Positions 1 to 9,761 of a stretch of DNA of 64,000 bases are shown piece by piece. Made by a program: the position numbers and the translations under genes. Each line of letters begins with the position of its first letter. The first letter of the stretch is position 1. The notes under the pieces were generated by a model, which ran no database searches, was not told the origin of the DNA, and was given only the letters and a program-made list of their open reading frames with translations. The stretch comes from a virus. Location: the IMG/VR virus record IMGVR_UViG_3300013137_000011, positions 1 through 64,000 of that record; one strand, 5' to 3'.

Positions 1-102
1 TCAACAATCAGGCAGGCCCTGGATCACGCAAGGAAGTCAACAATCTCTGCGATGATATCAAGACGTGGAGAATTGATCTTGAAAAAAGAAAGGAGATAAA
101 AC

Positions 103-324
103 ATGGAAAATAGAATATATATCTTATTTCCAAATGGTAGCACAAAAACTCAGGTAATATTTTGTGGAAATTGTTTATCAGAATTAGATATATCAAGACT
201 CATGGGCGATATGATGCAATACATAGGAACGAATCAACCTGAACTCATAGGCTCGATATTTAATCCAATGAGGCTTGAATATCGAGACAGTAATAATATA
301 GTCAGATTCTCTTATATAATTTAG
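103..324 (+). CDS. hypothetical protein
   Basis: ORF with AAGGAGA SD upstream, followed by a terminator. Confidence 0.6.
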   Translation: MENRIYILFPNGSTKTQVIFCGNCLSELDISRLMGDMMQYIGTNQPELIGSIFNPMRLEYRDSNNIVRFSYII

Positions 325-350
325 GCATCGCAGAGTCTATAGGACATCGC

Positions 351-394
351 AAAGCCGTAGGATCATGATTTATATCATGGTTCTGCGGCTTTTA
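351..394 (+). terminator. intrinsic terminator
   Basis: AAAGCCGTAGGATCATGAT / ATCATGGTTCTGCGGCTTT long stem with G-U pairs, then a T run. Confidence 0.75.
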
Positions 395-468
395 TTCTGT
401 ACCAGGATACCTGGCTGATGAGTTCTTAAAATAGAACGAAACAGAAAATCAATTTAAGGAGTGATACT

Positions 469-966
469 ATGAGTATAACGTACAAGATTGCTAACACAGG
501 ATGCGGAGGATTTCTTGCCCCTCCAAACCATCCAACAAAGGACAAGTGCATTGAAGAGTATGAGGGATCCGAGTTAGTAGGAATATATTCTATAGAGCAT
601 ACCGACAGAACAAATTGTGATTCAATATTCATGCTTCGATGCCTTGAGTTGATTGATATCTGGAAAGAAAGTAAACTTGCAATCAACTGCGAAGAAACTG
701 AGGATTGGATACATCAGGTTTTAGGATACTTCAGAGGAGGTTATGGAAATCCTAACATCCCTGAACCTGAAAGATGGAATGTATCAAATCTAGAATTTGA
801 TAATCGTGATCCATTAATCAACTTTGCAGATAGCGCAGGAGTTCACTGTATTAGAAAATTCTATCCAGAATATATACCTATCAAATCGGATTTCGATAAT
901 GCTTATTGGGGGGAGAGAAAGGAGAATAATCATGGAATATGCAATCACAAAACACAAAGACATTAA
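469..966 (+). CDS. hypothetical phage protein
   Basis: 165-aa ORF with AAGGAG SD. Confidence 0.65.
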   Translation: MSITYKIANTGCGGFLAPPNHPTKDKCIEEYEGSELVGIYSIEHTDRTNCDSIFMLRCLELIDIWKESKLAINCEETEDWIHQVLGYFRGGYGNPNIPEPERWNVSNLEFDNRDPLINFADSAGVHCIRKFYPEYIPIKSDFDNAYWGERKENNHGICNHKTQRH

Positions 967-1522
967 AAAGAGTCAGGTTACGATGAAAAATGGCAAAACC
1001 TTCTGGTATCAAGCGATTTACAAATGTGAATATCCACCGTCAGAAAAAATGCCTGAAGGCTTGATTTTATACTCAGTAGGAAACAGAATTGGAACTAGAG
1101 TATGTCCGCCGCAATTATTATCTACTAGAATGTGGATAAAGTTGAACCCTGGAATAAGGACAGACTTTTTTGAACAACTTTCTATCAGACAAGATATAAA
1201 TCAACTAAACAATGTTCCGAAGCAGATTAAGGCAATTGAATATCTTCCATTTCAGGAAGTAGATATCAATAACGAGAAAACGCCCCCAGAACCTGCACCA
1301 AAAAAAGAGAAAGAAGTAACCAATAAAGACCTAGATGTGCTTACTACGATAATAGCAGATGGTGTATCTGCCAAACTACAGGCAAAAAAGATAATCATAC
1401 CAATAGGAAAAGCTGTTACAAAAGACGAATTGATGAACAGGGCTCTAAATTTACTTGAGGCGCATAATATCTTGAGTAATCGGATTCTCGATCTTGTCGA
1501 ATATATTATTAAGGAGGCATAA
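932..1522 (+). CDS. hypothetical phage protein (start probably MEYAITK)
   Basis: AAGGAG SD precedes the ATG at 932 within track ORF 824..1522. Confidence 0.6.
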   Translation: MEYAITKHKDIKKSQVTMKNGKTFWYQAIYKCEYPPSEKMPEGLILYSVGNRIGTRVCPPQLLSTRMWIKLNPGIRTDFFEQLSIRQDINQLNNVPKQIKAIEYLPFQEVDINNEKTPPEPAPKKEKEVTNKDLDVLTTIIADGVSAKLQAKKIIIPIGKAVTKDELMNRALNLLEAHNILSNRILDLVEYIIKEA

Positions 1523-1591
1523 TTATGGAATACATGGAAGATATTATAAATGGAATGACCCTAAAGAACAAATAAAGGAGGTTATAAATCA

Positions 1592-1762
1592 ATGTGCAAT
1601 CAATGCGAAGCAGTTATGATCAATGGCATCTTATGCCATGAAACAGGATGCCCAGATGCCTGGAAAGATGAAGTACGAGAATGTAAATGGTGCGGAACAA
1701 AATTTAAACCAGAAACAAAAGGTCAAAAATATTGTTCTGACGAATGTAATATCACAGAGTAG
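1592..1762 (+). CDS. small Cys-rich (Zn-binding) protein, absent from the ORF track
   Basis: MCNQC...CHETGC...CKWC...CSDEC, 56 aa, AAGGAGG SD; track ORF 1623..1829 is a shadow frame. Confidence 0.75.
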   Translation: MCNQCEAVMINGILCHETGCPDAWKDEVRECKWCGTKFKPETKGQKYCSDECNITE

Positions 1763-2014
1763 AAAGAATCTATGGGAACAGGCTATTAAACATCGGATTT
1801 TGGACATTGTTCAAATTAATAGCCTGTAAACGATAATTGGTCTAGATAGTTGGAGAGATCCTTATCATTGATTGACTGACGATAGGGATTCTTGGACCAA
1901 AACATATAGTGGAGATTAATAAATAGGCATCCAAACAGATTTCTTTCTATAATTGGAAAAATTAAAGTCCCTGATAATTTTCTTAATGATTGCAAGTAGT
2001 AAAGGAGTTGACTC

Positions 2015-4156
2015 ATGAAAATATTTTATATCAACAATAGATTCGAAGCAGAAAGCAAGTATGAAGAGAAGTCAATCTTAAATGAGGCAAGATGGGCATG
2101 GGATCCTGCTTTGAAAGTTTGGTTCGCCTTAAAGCATGATAAACTTGTTACTCTTCGTGATTTACGAAGGACAAGTTATCAACATATTGACATCAGACTT
2201 TCAGAATCTGCTGTCAATGAGTTGAAACTCAGATTAAAAGACGAAGAGTCGAAAAAGGAAAAGATAGAAGCAAGTAGATTCGATGGATCTGGTATACATT
2301 TTGATTTTCCAAGACCAGATGGATTAGAATACTTGCCATTTCAGATGGCAGGTATAAATGCCATGAAAGATATGGACAGAATACTTTTATCCGACGAGAT
2401 GGGATTGGGCAAAACTATCCAATCAATTGGTATCATTAATATTCACAAACCTGATCGTGTATTAGTGGTTTGTCCTGCTTCCCTGAAGTTTAATTGGAGA
2501 AATGAGTTCAAAACTTGGCTTGTAGATGAGTATGATATGATCATAGTTAATGGTGAATTTAGGATGCCTAATTCTAATAAATTCATCATCATAATTAACT
2601 ATGAAATGATTCAAAAATATTACAAGACTCTTATGTGTTTTGGACAATTCGATCTTATCGTTTGCGACGAAGCACATTATATGAAAAATCCTAAAGCTCA
2701 GAGAACAAGACTAATCTTAGGTGGAAGATTCAAATTTGATGATCAAGAAAAACCAGAAAAGATATCTGGTATTTCAGCAATTTGCAAAAATAGGATGTAT
2801 TTAACAGGTACTCCTATTCTTAATCGGCCTGTTGAGTTGTGGCCCATTATCCATAATCTAGCGCCAAAAGAGTTTCCTAACTATTTCTCTTATGTTAAAA
2901 GATACTGTAAAGCCACTAGAGACAGATTTGGATGGGATGTTAAAGGTGCTAGTAATCTTGATGAATTTCAAAAAAAACTTAGGGCTTCTGTTATGATAAG
3001 AAGACTAAAGAAGGATGTTCTCAAAGAACTGAAAGGAAAGCGTAGACAAGTTATCGAATTAAGTAGACCTTCTGGAATTGCTTCTATTATTGAAGAGGAG
3101 AAAAAACTTTTTGATCTATACATGGCAGAGAAAGATCAGATAAAAGCCATATTGGACGAAAATTCTGATGAAGAGAATCTTGAAGAAGAGTATAAAAATA
3201 AGATATACAAACTAAGAGAAGCGTCTAAAATCGCCTTCTCTGAAATGGCAAGGATAAGAAAAGAACTTGCAATAAAGAAAATACCACAAGCACTATCTTT
3301 TATAGAGGATATTCTTGACAATGAAGAAAAGATAGTAGTATTCTACCATCATCATGAAGTTGGAGATGCTATAAAAGCCAAGTTTGGTGATATTGTAACA
3401 GGTTTTGATGGGAGACTAGTAGACAAAGAAGAAAGAATAAATCGTGTAGATAAATTTCAGAACGATCCTAATATCAAAATATTCGCAGGTAGTATAGGAG
3501 CAGCAGGAGTTGGAATTACTCTAACATCTGCTGCTACTGTTATTTTCGTTGAACTTGATTGGACTCCTGGAAAGATGAGTCAGGCAGAAGACAGGCTTGA
3601 CAGGATTGGACAAGTAAATCTCGTGCTTGTTATTCATCTTGTATTCGAGGAATCACTTGACTGTAAAATTGCAAAGACTATTATCTCTAAACAAGAGATA
3701 ATAGAAAAAGCATTAGATGTAAATGTAGATAATACTAGTATAGGAACATCTGTTTTGAGCGATGTTAAAAATTCGGTACAAGTTTCACTAGTAGATAAAT
3801 TAAAAGACGCAGTAAATAACACTACACCTATCCCAGATGTAGTGGTTAATCTTGAACCTGAAAAACCCGAACCAAAGCAACAAGAAGACATTTGGGATGA
3901 TAGTGTTTCTGCTAAATTTGTACTAATAGCATTACAGAAATTAGCAGGAGTTTGTAATTATGCTCTAACTCATGATGGCAGAGGATTTAATAAACCTGAT
4001 GCTAATTTTGGGCATGAATTAGCAAAAAGATCAAGACTAACAAAAAGGCAGGTAATTGCTGCAAAATCAATGCTGAAGAAATATCACGGACAGATTGATC
4101 CTGGAGATTGGTACTTAATATATGACTATAAGGAGGATATCAATAATAATGGCTAG
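2015..4156 (+). CDS. SNF2-family (SMARCAL1/HARP-like) helicase/ATPase
   Basis: SDEMGLGKT, VVCPASL, DEAH, LTGTP, GVGITLT, QAEDRLDRIGQ motifs. Confidence 0.95.
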   Translation: MKIFYINNRFEAESKYEEKSILNEARWAWDPALKVWFALKHDKLVTLRDLRRTSYQHIDIRLSESAVNELKLRLKDEESKKEKIEASRFDGSGIHFDFPRPDGLEYLPFQMAGINAMKDMDRILLSDEMGLGKTIQSIGIINIHKPDRVLVVCPASLKFNWRNEFKTWLVDEYDMIIVNGEFRMPNSNKFIIIINYEMIQKYYKTLMCFGQFDLIVCDEAHYMKNPKAQRTRLILGGRFKFDDQEKPEKISGISAICKNRMYLTGTPILNRPVELWPIIHNLAPKEFPNYFSYVKRYCKATRDRFGWDVKGASNLDEFQKKLRASVMIRRLKKDVLKELKGKRRQVIELSRPSGIASIIEEEKKLFDLYMAEKDQIKAILDENSDEENLEEEYKNKIYKLREASKIAFSEMARIRKELAIKKIPQALSFIEDILDNEEKIVVFYHHHEVGDAIKAKFGDIVTGFDGRLVDKEERINRVDKFQNDPNIKIFAGSIGAAGVGITLTSAATVIFVELDWTPGKMSQAEDRLDRIGQVNLVLVIHLVFEESLDCKIAKTIISKQEIIEKALDVNVDNTSIGTSVLSDVKNSVQVSLVDKLKDAVNNTTPIPDVVVNLEPEKPEPKQQEDIWDDSVSAKFVLIALQKLAGVCNYALTHDGRGFNKPDANFGHELAKRSRLTKRQVIAAKSMLKKYHGQIDPGDWYLIYDYKEDINNNG

Positions 4157-4616
4157 AAGAAAATCTTTTGTTGAAATCGCAAATGAAATACCAGATTCAA
4201 GTTGCACTTGTGAAAAGTGTATTGATATGTGTAATAGGAGGCCATGTTGGGGAACTCCTAGCGATATAGAAAGAATAATTGAGAGTGGATTTATTGATCA
4301 TTTAATGCGAGAATATTGGGCAACGAAAAATGGAAACTTATATATGATTGTTCCTGCTATAGTCGGATTTGAATTAAGAACATCTCCATATTGGCTTAGA
4401 GTTAAAAATAGATGTTCTTTATTAGATTCAAACAACAGGTGCAAAATAAACCATATAAAACCTATAGAAGGTCGCAAAGCAATTTGTCTTGATAATACTA
4501 AATATAATATACAAATAGATCGTCTTCACATGAATATATATAGAACATGGGATACTAAATTTGGATCAAAAGTACTAAAAATATGGGAGGATTATGTAAA
4601 TGCAGATCAAGCGTAA
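4149..4616 (+). CDS. YkgJ-like cysteine-cluster (Zn/Fe-S) protein
   Basis: CTCEKCIDMC..PC and CSLL....RCKI..IKP pattern; AAGGAGG SD before MARRK. Confidence 0.6.
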   Translation: MARRKSFVEIANEIPDSSCTCEKCIDMCNRRPCWGTPSDIERIIESGFIDHLMREYWATKNGNLYMIVPAIVGFELRTSPYWLRVKNRCSLLDSNNRCKINHIKPIEGRKAICLDNTKYNIQIDRLHMNIYRTWDTKFGSKVLKIWEDYVNADQA

Positions 4617-4762
4617 GTGTGGACACGTTGAGAAAATCAACAGGAATATATTTATGGTTCCTGAGTTGAAACATGAGCAGAATAAAGAGTGTGCAAAATG
4701 TGCAATTAAAAAATCTTTATCCAAAATACTAGCAAAATGATAATCATAATTCTGTGGTAATA

Positions 4763-4791
4763 TTGACAAGGTAGGTCGTATACATTATAAT
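4763..4791 (+). promoter_or_regulatory. sigma70/sigmaA consensus promoter
   Basis: TTGACA-17 nt-TATAAT, then AGGAGG SD of the 4813 gene. Confidence 0.9.
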
Positions 4792-4812
4792 AAAAGAATA
4801 CAGGAGGCTTAG

Positions 4813-6750
4813 ATGTACTTAGAATATATAGTTGAGGACGGGCTTCGGGTTGGAGTAAAAATCAATATGTTCAAGAATGAACAGGAAGCACGAAAAAAAT
4901 CACATCCAACATCCGATGATCAAGCATTTATTCTTTCAAAATATCAAAAATGGCATGACGGGTCACTATACAGTATGTCATTTAGATATGACAATGGAAA
5001 AATCGAATATGAACTTATAGATATATTATTGAGCATATCTAAATATGAATCAAAAATAAATATGATCTTTCAGATTCTTCCAAAAAATATAGTAGATGGA
5101 ATACATCCATTTACAAGTCTAAATAAAAATAAACAGAAAAAGGGCGGTATACCGAAGTTTGTAATGAGTCAGATGTTAGAATCGGCAGAACATGTAGCAT
5201 TTAATATCATTTATAATGACATGATCGATTCATACAAAAAGGCGAAGAATCCAATGCAAATCCATACCAACGTATCCATTGCTTTCAGGAACAAGGCTCT
5301 AAGAATAATTAATGGAATGATCAATAATATCATTTCTGATATTGGAGATAAATACTCAAGAATCAAACAATCAAGGAGATTCAACCCTAATCGAAGAAAA
5401 TTGGTATATGATCTTTTCTATAAAGATATAAAGTTTGAGCAGTTGACTGATTCATGTCCATATCTGTTATTTTATATGACAGATATTTATATGACAGATA
5501 ATGGTATGCAGGATGTAAACTTCGTTAATGAAAAACTCGAAACACTTTCATCTGATATATTGTCTGGGAAAAGATTGAAATTGATTCTTGATTCTTATGG
5601 AATTCCAAGATTTGTGTCTAAAATCCATAATCCCCAAATGGCTTGGATTATGTATAAAGCCTTGCAAGGACAAGGTAGTAAAATCATAAGAGGTTCAATC
5701 GAAAATCATAAGGGATTTGTTCCAGAAAAAAATAAACGTAAGTATCTCAGATCATTGGTTATGTTAAGAGATTTCATAAATGGTAATGGAGTATTTTATA
5801 ATGGAGATGAACAAAAATATTTAGAAAATATGTATGAATGGATAGGAAATATAATTATTACATATTATATTTCTGGATCCTCAGATGGAATACAAATGAT
5901 TCCTAAAGAAAATAATAATCATTCATCATGCATGATACTACCAAATGACGCCAGATTCTTCAGCAAACTAGAAAATATGAAAGATTGGATAAAGTGTTGC
6001 CATAAAGCAAACGTCTTTGAGATAAATGGAAATATCGGATTAAGAAGACGAGAAGTAATGGAAATTGGATGCTTAACTGCTAGATTCAATAAAGACATGA
6101 GTTTTATGACGGCAGTAAGACTATCTAACGATTGGCACCATAATATCATAAATCTTACGTATACTATAGATAAAGATCCAATTAACTTTCCAGAACCCTG
6201 GCTCCCTGCTGATACGTTCAGAACACAAAGATTTCGAAATATTGATATCAATACGAATGATATCAGAACAGAAGACGCAGATCCAATAATAACAGAATAT
6301 GCAATAATACCAATTGAAACATCTCTAGACTTAATAGAAGAAGGAAAAGGGATGCATCATTGTGTTGGAACATACATTGATACTGTGAATAATGGTAAAT
6401 CATACATCTATTCAATACGAAAAATAGATGATGAGTCTAGAGTTGCTACTCTTGAGTTAAGAAAACGCAAAAGTATATATAGTGAAGTAGAAAAAAAGAT
6501 AGTAGAGATACCAGAAACAATTTCTATTTCTCAGTTGCGTGGGATTTGTAATGAAGCGATTAACAAAGATATAGAAATTCAAATACAAAATTGGATTTCT
6601 AAATGGGATAAAAAACAAAAGGAGGAAAAGGACAATGCCAACGAAGGAAAGGATTGCGAAGATGAAGGAAAAGGGATTGAAGAAAATGGAGGTGGATACG
6701 AAGAAGAAGAAATCAACGAAGAAGGAAGATGCGACGCCGTTGGAGCGTAA
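4813..6750 (+). CDS. PcfJ-domain protein
   Basis: C-terminal L..EG..MHHCVGTY...IYSIR...RVATLEL and QLRG..N motifs; acidic tail. Confidence 0.8.
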   Translation: MYLEYIVEDGLRVGVKINMFKNEQEARKKSHPTSDDQAFILSKYQKWHDGSLYSMSFRYDNGKIEYELIDILLSISKYESKINMIFQILPKNIVDGIHPFTSLNKNKQKKGGIPKFVMSQMLESAEHVAFNIIYNDMIDSYKKAKNPMQIHTNVSIAFRNKALRIINGMINNIISDIGDKYSRIKQSRRFNPNRRKLVYDLFYKDIKFEQLTDSCPYLLFYMTDIYMTDNGMQDVNFVNEKLETLSSDILSGKRLKLILDSYGIPRFVSKIHNPQMAWIMYKALQGQGSKIIRGSIENHKGFVPEKNKRKYLRSLVMLRDFINGNGVFYNGDEQKYLENMYEWIGNIIITYYISGSSDGIQMIPKENNNHSSCMILPNDARFFSKLENMKDWIKCCHKANVFEINGNIGLRRREVMEIGCLTARFNKDMSFMTAVRLSNDWHHNIINLTYTIDKDPINFPEPWLPADTFRTQRFRNIDINTNDIRTEDADPIITEYAIIPIETSLDLIEEGKGMHHCVGTYIDTVNNGKSYIYSIRKIDDESRVATLELRKRKSIYSEVEKKIVEIPETISISQLRGICNEAINKDIEIQIQNWISKWDKKQKEEKDNANEGKDCEDEGKGIEENGGGYEEEEINEEGRCDAVGA

Positions 6751-6928
6751 GTACTACTTTGTTTCATGGCTTGCAGGTATGTCTCCTGGTCAGAGCGTGA
6801 TGGATTCTAATCCTCTTTTGAGGAATGAATTCATCTCTGGACAGCTAAAGTTGAATTTTATGTGCGAAATCGGAAAGGAGGTATATGATGCTTGGGATGT
6901 ATATGATTCTTTGATAGATAGTATCTAA
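6635..6928 (+). CDS. hypothetical protein with basic N-terminus
   Basis: AAGGAGG SD upstream; overlaps the acidic tail of the PcfJ gene. Confidence 0.6.
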   Translation: MPTKERIAKMKEKGLKKMEVDTKKKKSTKKEDATPLERKYYFVSWLAGMSPGQSVMDSNPLLRNEFISGQLKLNFMCEIGKEVYDAWDVYDSLIDSI

Positions 6929-6940
6929 CTATCACCAATT

Positions 6941-7041
6941 TCTCACAGTTAGAATCGGGAGACTATAGCGAACATCGCTAATATTAAGCATTAAAAATCT
7001 ATTAAAGTCTCATCGGGGGGTGGGGATGAGGCACTGTGAGA
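6941..7041 (+). ncRNA. putative structured ncRNA, G-rich loop element copy 1
   Basis: TCTCACAGT/ACTGTGAGA closing helix; GTCTCATC/GATGAGGC hairpin with loop GGGGGGTGGG. Confidence 0.6.
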
Positions 7042-7109
7042 TATGGAAAATTAAAACAAAATACAGTATAGTAAGTGTATATGATTTAAAAACCAACAAA
7101 CTGAATGAA

Positions 7110-7215
7110 TCCTGGTTCAAAATGGGTAAGAATAGTCAATGCGACTTTATTTAAAATTTTTGAACTAAGTATGTAGATTAAATCCAGAATGGAGGGTGGG
7201 ATTCTGGAGCCAGGA
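7110..7215 (+). ncRNA. putative structured ncRNA, G-rich loop element copy 2
   Basis: TCCTGGT/GCCAGGA closing helix; TCCAGAAT/ATTCTGGA hairpin with loop GGAGGGTGGG. Confidence 0.6.
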
Positions 7216-7221
7216 AAAGAT

Positions 7222-7293
7222 AGATCCGTAGCCAAGTGGTAAGGCAGGAGACTTTGGATCTCCCATTCGTAGGTTCAAATCCTACCGGATCTG
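7222..7293 (+). tRNA. tRNA-Gln(TTG)
   Basis: AGATCCG/CGGATCT acceptor, GGAGA-CTTTGGA-TCTCC anticodon arm, GGTTCAAATCC T arm; no encoded CCA. Confidence 0.95.
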
Positions 7294-7301
7294 ATAAACT
7301 A

Positions 7302-7384
7302 GCCGAGATGATGGAATGGCAGACATTTCTGACTTAAAATCAGATGGGAGATATCCCGTGCGGGTTCAAGTCCCGCTCTCGGCA
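7302..7384 (+). tRNA. tRNA-Leu(TAA)
   Basis: GCCGAGA/TCTCGGC acceptor, TCTGA-CTTAAAA-TCAGA anticodon arm, long variable arm, GGTTCAAGTCC, A73. Confidence 0.95.
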
Positions 7385-7408
7385 AGATAAAATCAAAAGG
7401 AGAATAAA

Positions 7409-7792
7409 ATGAAAATAGAAATCAAAGATCCAGAAAAGTGCAAGATTACAGATTACTCTCTATGCGAAACCGACGGTGGAATAAACGGTTTTCCAATATT
7501 TTACTTAAATATATCCTCAGAGTTTAAGAGGTTATGTTTATCTTGCTCTGGTCATTCTGGAGATGGAGAAGAATCGTCATTCTTTATTTCAGAGTGCGAA
7601 AATGACAATCATGATCTTTGTTCTGAAATAGTTGTAACAAAAACGGATCTTAGTCGTAGTTATAATGATAGTTGTAATATTATTTGTTCGTATGAGTTCA
7701 TGACGATAGATTCAAGATATGGAATTGAAGTATATTTAATTCCTATCGTATGGCCTATCAAACATCTTGAAAAAATTGGAGGAAAAGAATAA
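7409..7792 (+). CDS. hypothetical protein
   Basis: ORF with AAGGAG SD. Confidence 0.6.
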   Translation: MKIEIKDPEKCKITDYSLCETDGGINGFPIFYLNISSEFKRLCLSCSGHSGDGEESSFFISECENDNHDLCSEIVVTKTDLSRSYNDSCNIICSYEFMTIDSRYGIEVYLIPIVWPIKHLEKIGGKE

Positions 7793-8009
7793 TGAATATA
7801 AAAATAAATCCAAAAGCAAAAGCAGCATTAACAAAACTAATCAGAAATAATATGGACAAATTGTTTCTTTTTGGATTTGGAAGAACATATTCATTGAAAT
7901 GTAATATTTCAGTATTATCTGAAAAAATACTGGAATATATCATTAAAAAAGCAGATGAAGAAGGAATTAGTTTCTTCTTTACTAATAAAAACTGGAGGTA
8001 GATGTAATA

Positions 8010-9086
8010 ATGGAAATGTTAGAAGTTGATGGAGTTGGCGATGTTAATCCGGTAGTAGAAGTTAAACCTTTCGAGATGCAAGAAAAAAAGCATATGATTC
8101 CAATTGAGGATTGGATCATGGATTATGCTAGACAAGCCGGAAATACCGTACATGAATCTGGAATAGAAATGATTGACCTTGCAGGTACAGGTTATATCAT
8201 GAACAACAGGATTAAGAGGGCTCTTAATCAGGCGATTAAACTGAAGAAGGGCCTTTTTCTTAGGGGGAAGCCTGGATGTGGAAAAACTGAAGTAGCAAAT
8301 TCACTCTGGAAAGCCTGTGGAGGACGTATCGAAATTGATAGTTTCGGTAATGAAATTCATCACGGACCAAAGTTTGTAAAGATTATTTGTAATCCTGACA
8401 TTGATTCTGAGAAGAAACTTGTAGGAGAATGGGATATCCAGAACCAGATGGTTCAATTAGAAATCATGAGAAGCATGATTAATGTAGGGGTTTCAGTAGA
8501 GGGAATAAAAAGAGAACTTTACTCAGAGAGGTTTCTCATTAAACGTGGCATAATAGAGGCTCTGACGGCTCCAGAAGGAGCGATCCTGCTCATAGACGAA
8601 GCAGACAAGTCCAGGAGGGTAGAGTCCTTCCTATTGGAGTTTTTGGACAAGTGGCGGGTGAGCATCCCACAGATGGGTGAGATAAAAGCATTGAAGATTC
8701 CTATGGTTATTATCACGGCAAATAGAGCCCGTGAATTTTCTGAAGAATTTCACAGAAGATGTGTTTTTGTTCCTATCAATTATCCAGATATTGACACTGA
8801 GATTAAGATTTTACACTCAAGATTGCCTAATATCAGAAAGAAAATTGCTGAACAAATATCAAGTATTATGAGTATTATTAGAAATAGGGAAGTTGACTTC
8901 AGATATACTCCTGGTACTAGTTCAGCATTAGATTGGGCTCAAATTCTTATAGAGATGAATATCGAGAGTATCAAAAGAGAGCAGTTGATTCTCGATGCTC
9001 AAATTATCATGAAGCACGAGGATGATATGACGATGCTTGAAAACATAAGTTATGATATTCAAAATAAAGTTGGACTGGAGGATTAG
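8010..9086 (+). CDS. MoxR-family AAA+ ATPase (CoxD-like)
   Basis: Walker A GKPGCGKT, Walker B LLIDEADK, ESFLLEFL, ITANRAREFSEEFHRRC. Confidence 0.9.
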   Translation: MEMLEVDGVGDVNPVVEVKPFEMQEKKHMIPIEDWIMDYARQAGNTVHESGIEMIDLAGTGYIMNNRIKRALNQAIKLKKGLFLRGKPGCGKTEVANSLWKACGGRIEIDSFGNEIHHGPKFVKIICNPDIDSEKKLVGEWDIQNQMVQLEIMRSMINVGVSVEGIKRELYSERFLIKRGIIEALTAPEGAILLIDEADKSRRVESFLLEFLDKWRVSIPQMGEIKALKIPMVIITANRAREFSEEFHRRCVFVPINYPDIDTEIKILHSRLPNIRKKIAEQISSIMSIIRNREVDFRYTPGTSSALDWAQILIEMNIESIKREQLILDAQIIMKHEDDMTMLENISYDIQNKVGLED

Positions 9087-9088
9087 TC

Positions 9089-9343
9089 ATGTTTATATCG
9101 GTAAATAAAATAGAAATACCTGATTCGTGTCCAAAAAATTGTATGGGATTAGATCCAAAAACTAGACATATACACATATCACAAGGAGGGTTGTGTCATC
9201 GCTGTCCAATATTCTGTTGTAAAAAAAATATCGAATATGATTTCTGTCTACTAAAACCTGAAGGATATAGAGAAGATTGGGCTATAGTATGGAGAGATTG
9301 GTTTCTTGGAGATATGAAAACATATCCAGAACTAAAATTTTAG
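9089..9343 (+). CDS. small Cys-rich hypothetical protein
   Basis: CPKNC...CHRCPIFCC; GGAGG SD. Confidence 0.6.
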   Translation: MFISVNKIEIPDSCPKNCMGLDPKTRHIHISQGGLCHRCPIFCCKKNIEYDFCLLKPEGYREDWAIVWRDWFLGDMKTYPELKF

Positions 9344-9761
9344 GAGATGATATAAATGAAAGAGAAAGTTTCACAACATATAACTAAAGTATTTGGGAAC
9401 ACTCTTGTTTTCTGGAGATATCCAGACACCAATGGAGATTTTGTAAGAATAGAACTATTAAATTTTATTTCAGGAGATAGTAATGGAAGAATTACACTAT
9501 CTTTTGATGAATTCAAAAATATGGTTAAAGAAATATTGGAGGAAGATTAGTATGAATATAGTTATTCGACACTATACTAGAGTTATTCTTGATAGAAAAT
9601 TAATTATAACTCCTGTGATAGTGACAATAAATCCTATTGTATGGATTGCAATAAAAATAAATGCAATTCCTGTAAATAAGGTATATGTATGGGATAAAAG
9701 ATACCACCACTACTATAGCAATATGGGATGGGCATCTTAATTTAATAAATAGCGAGGATGT

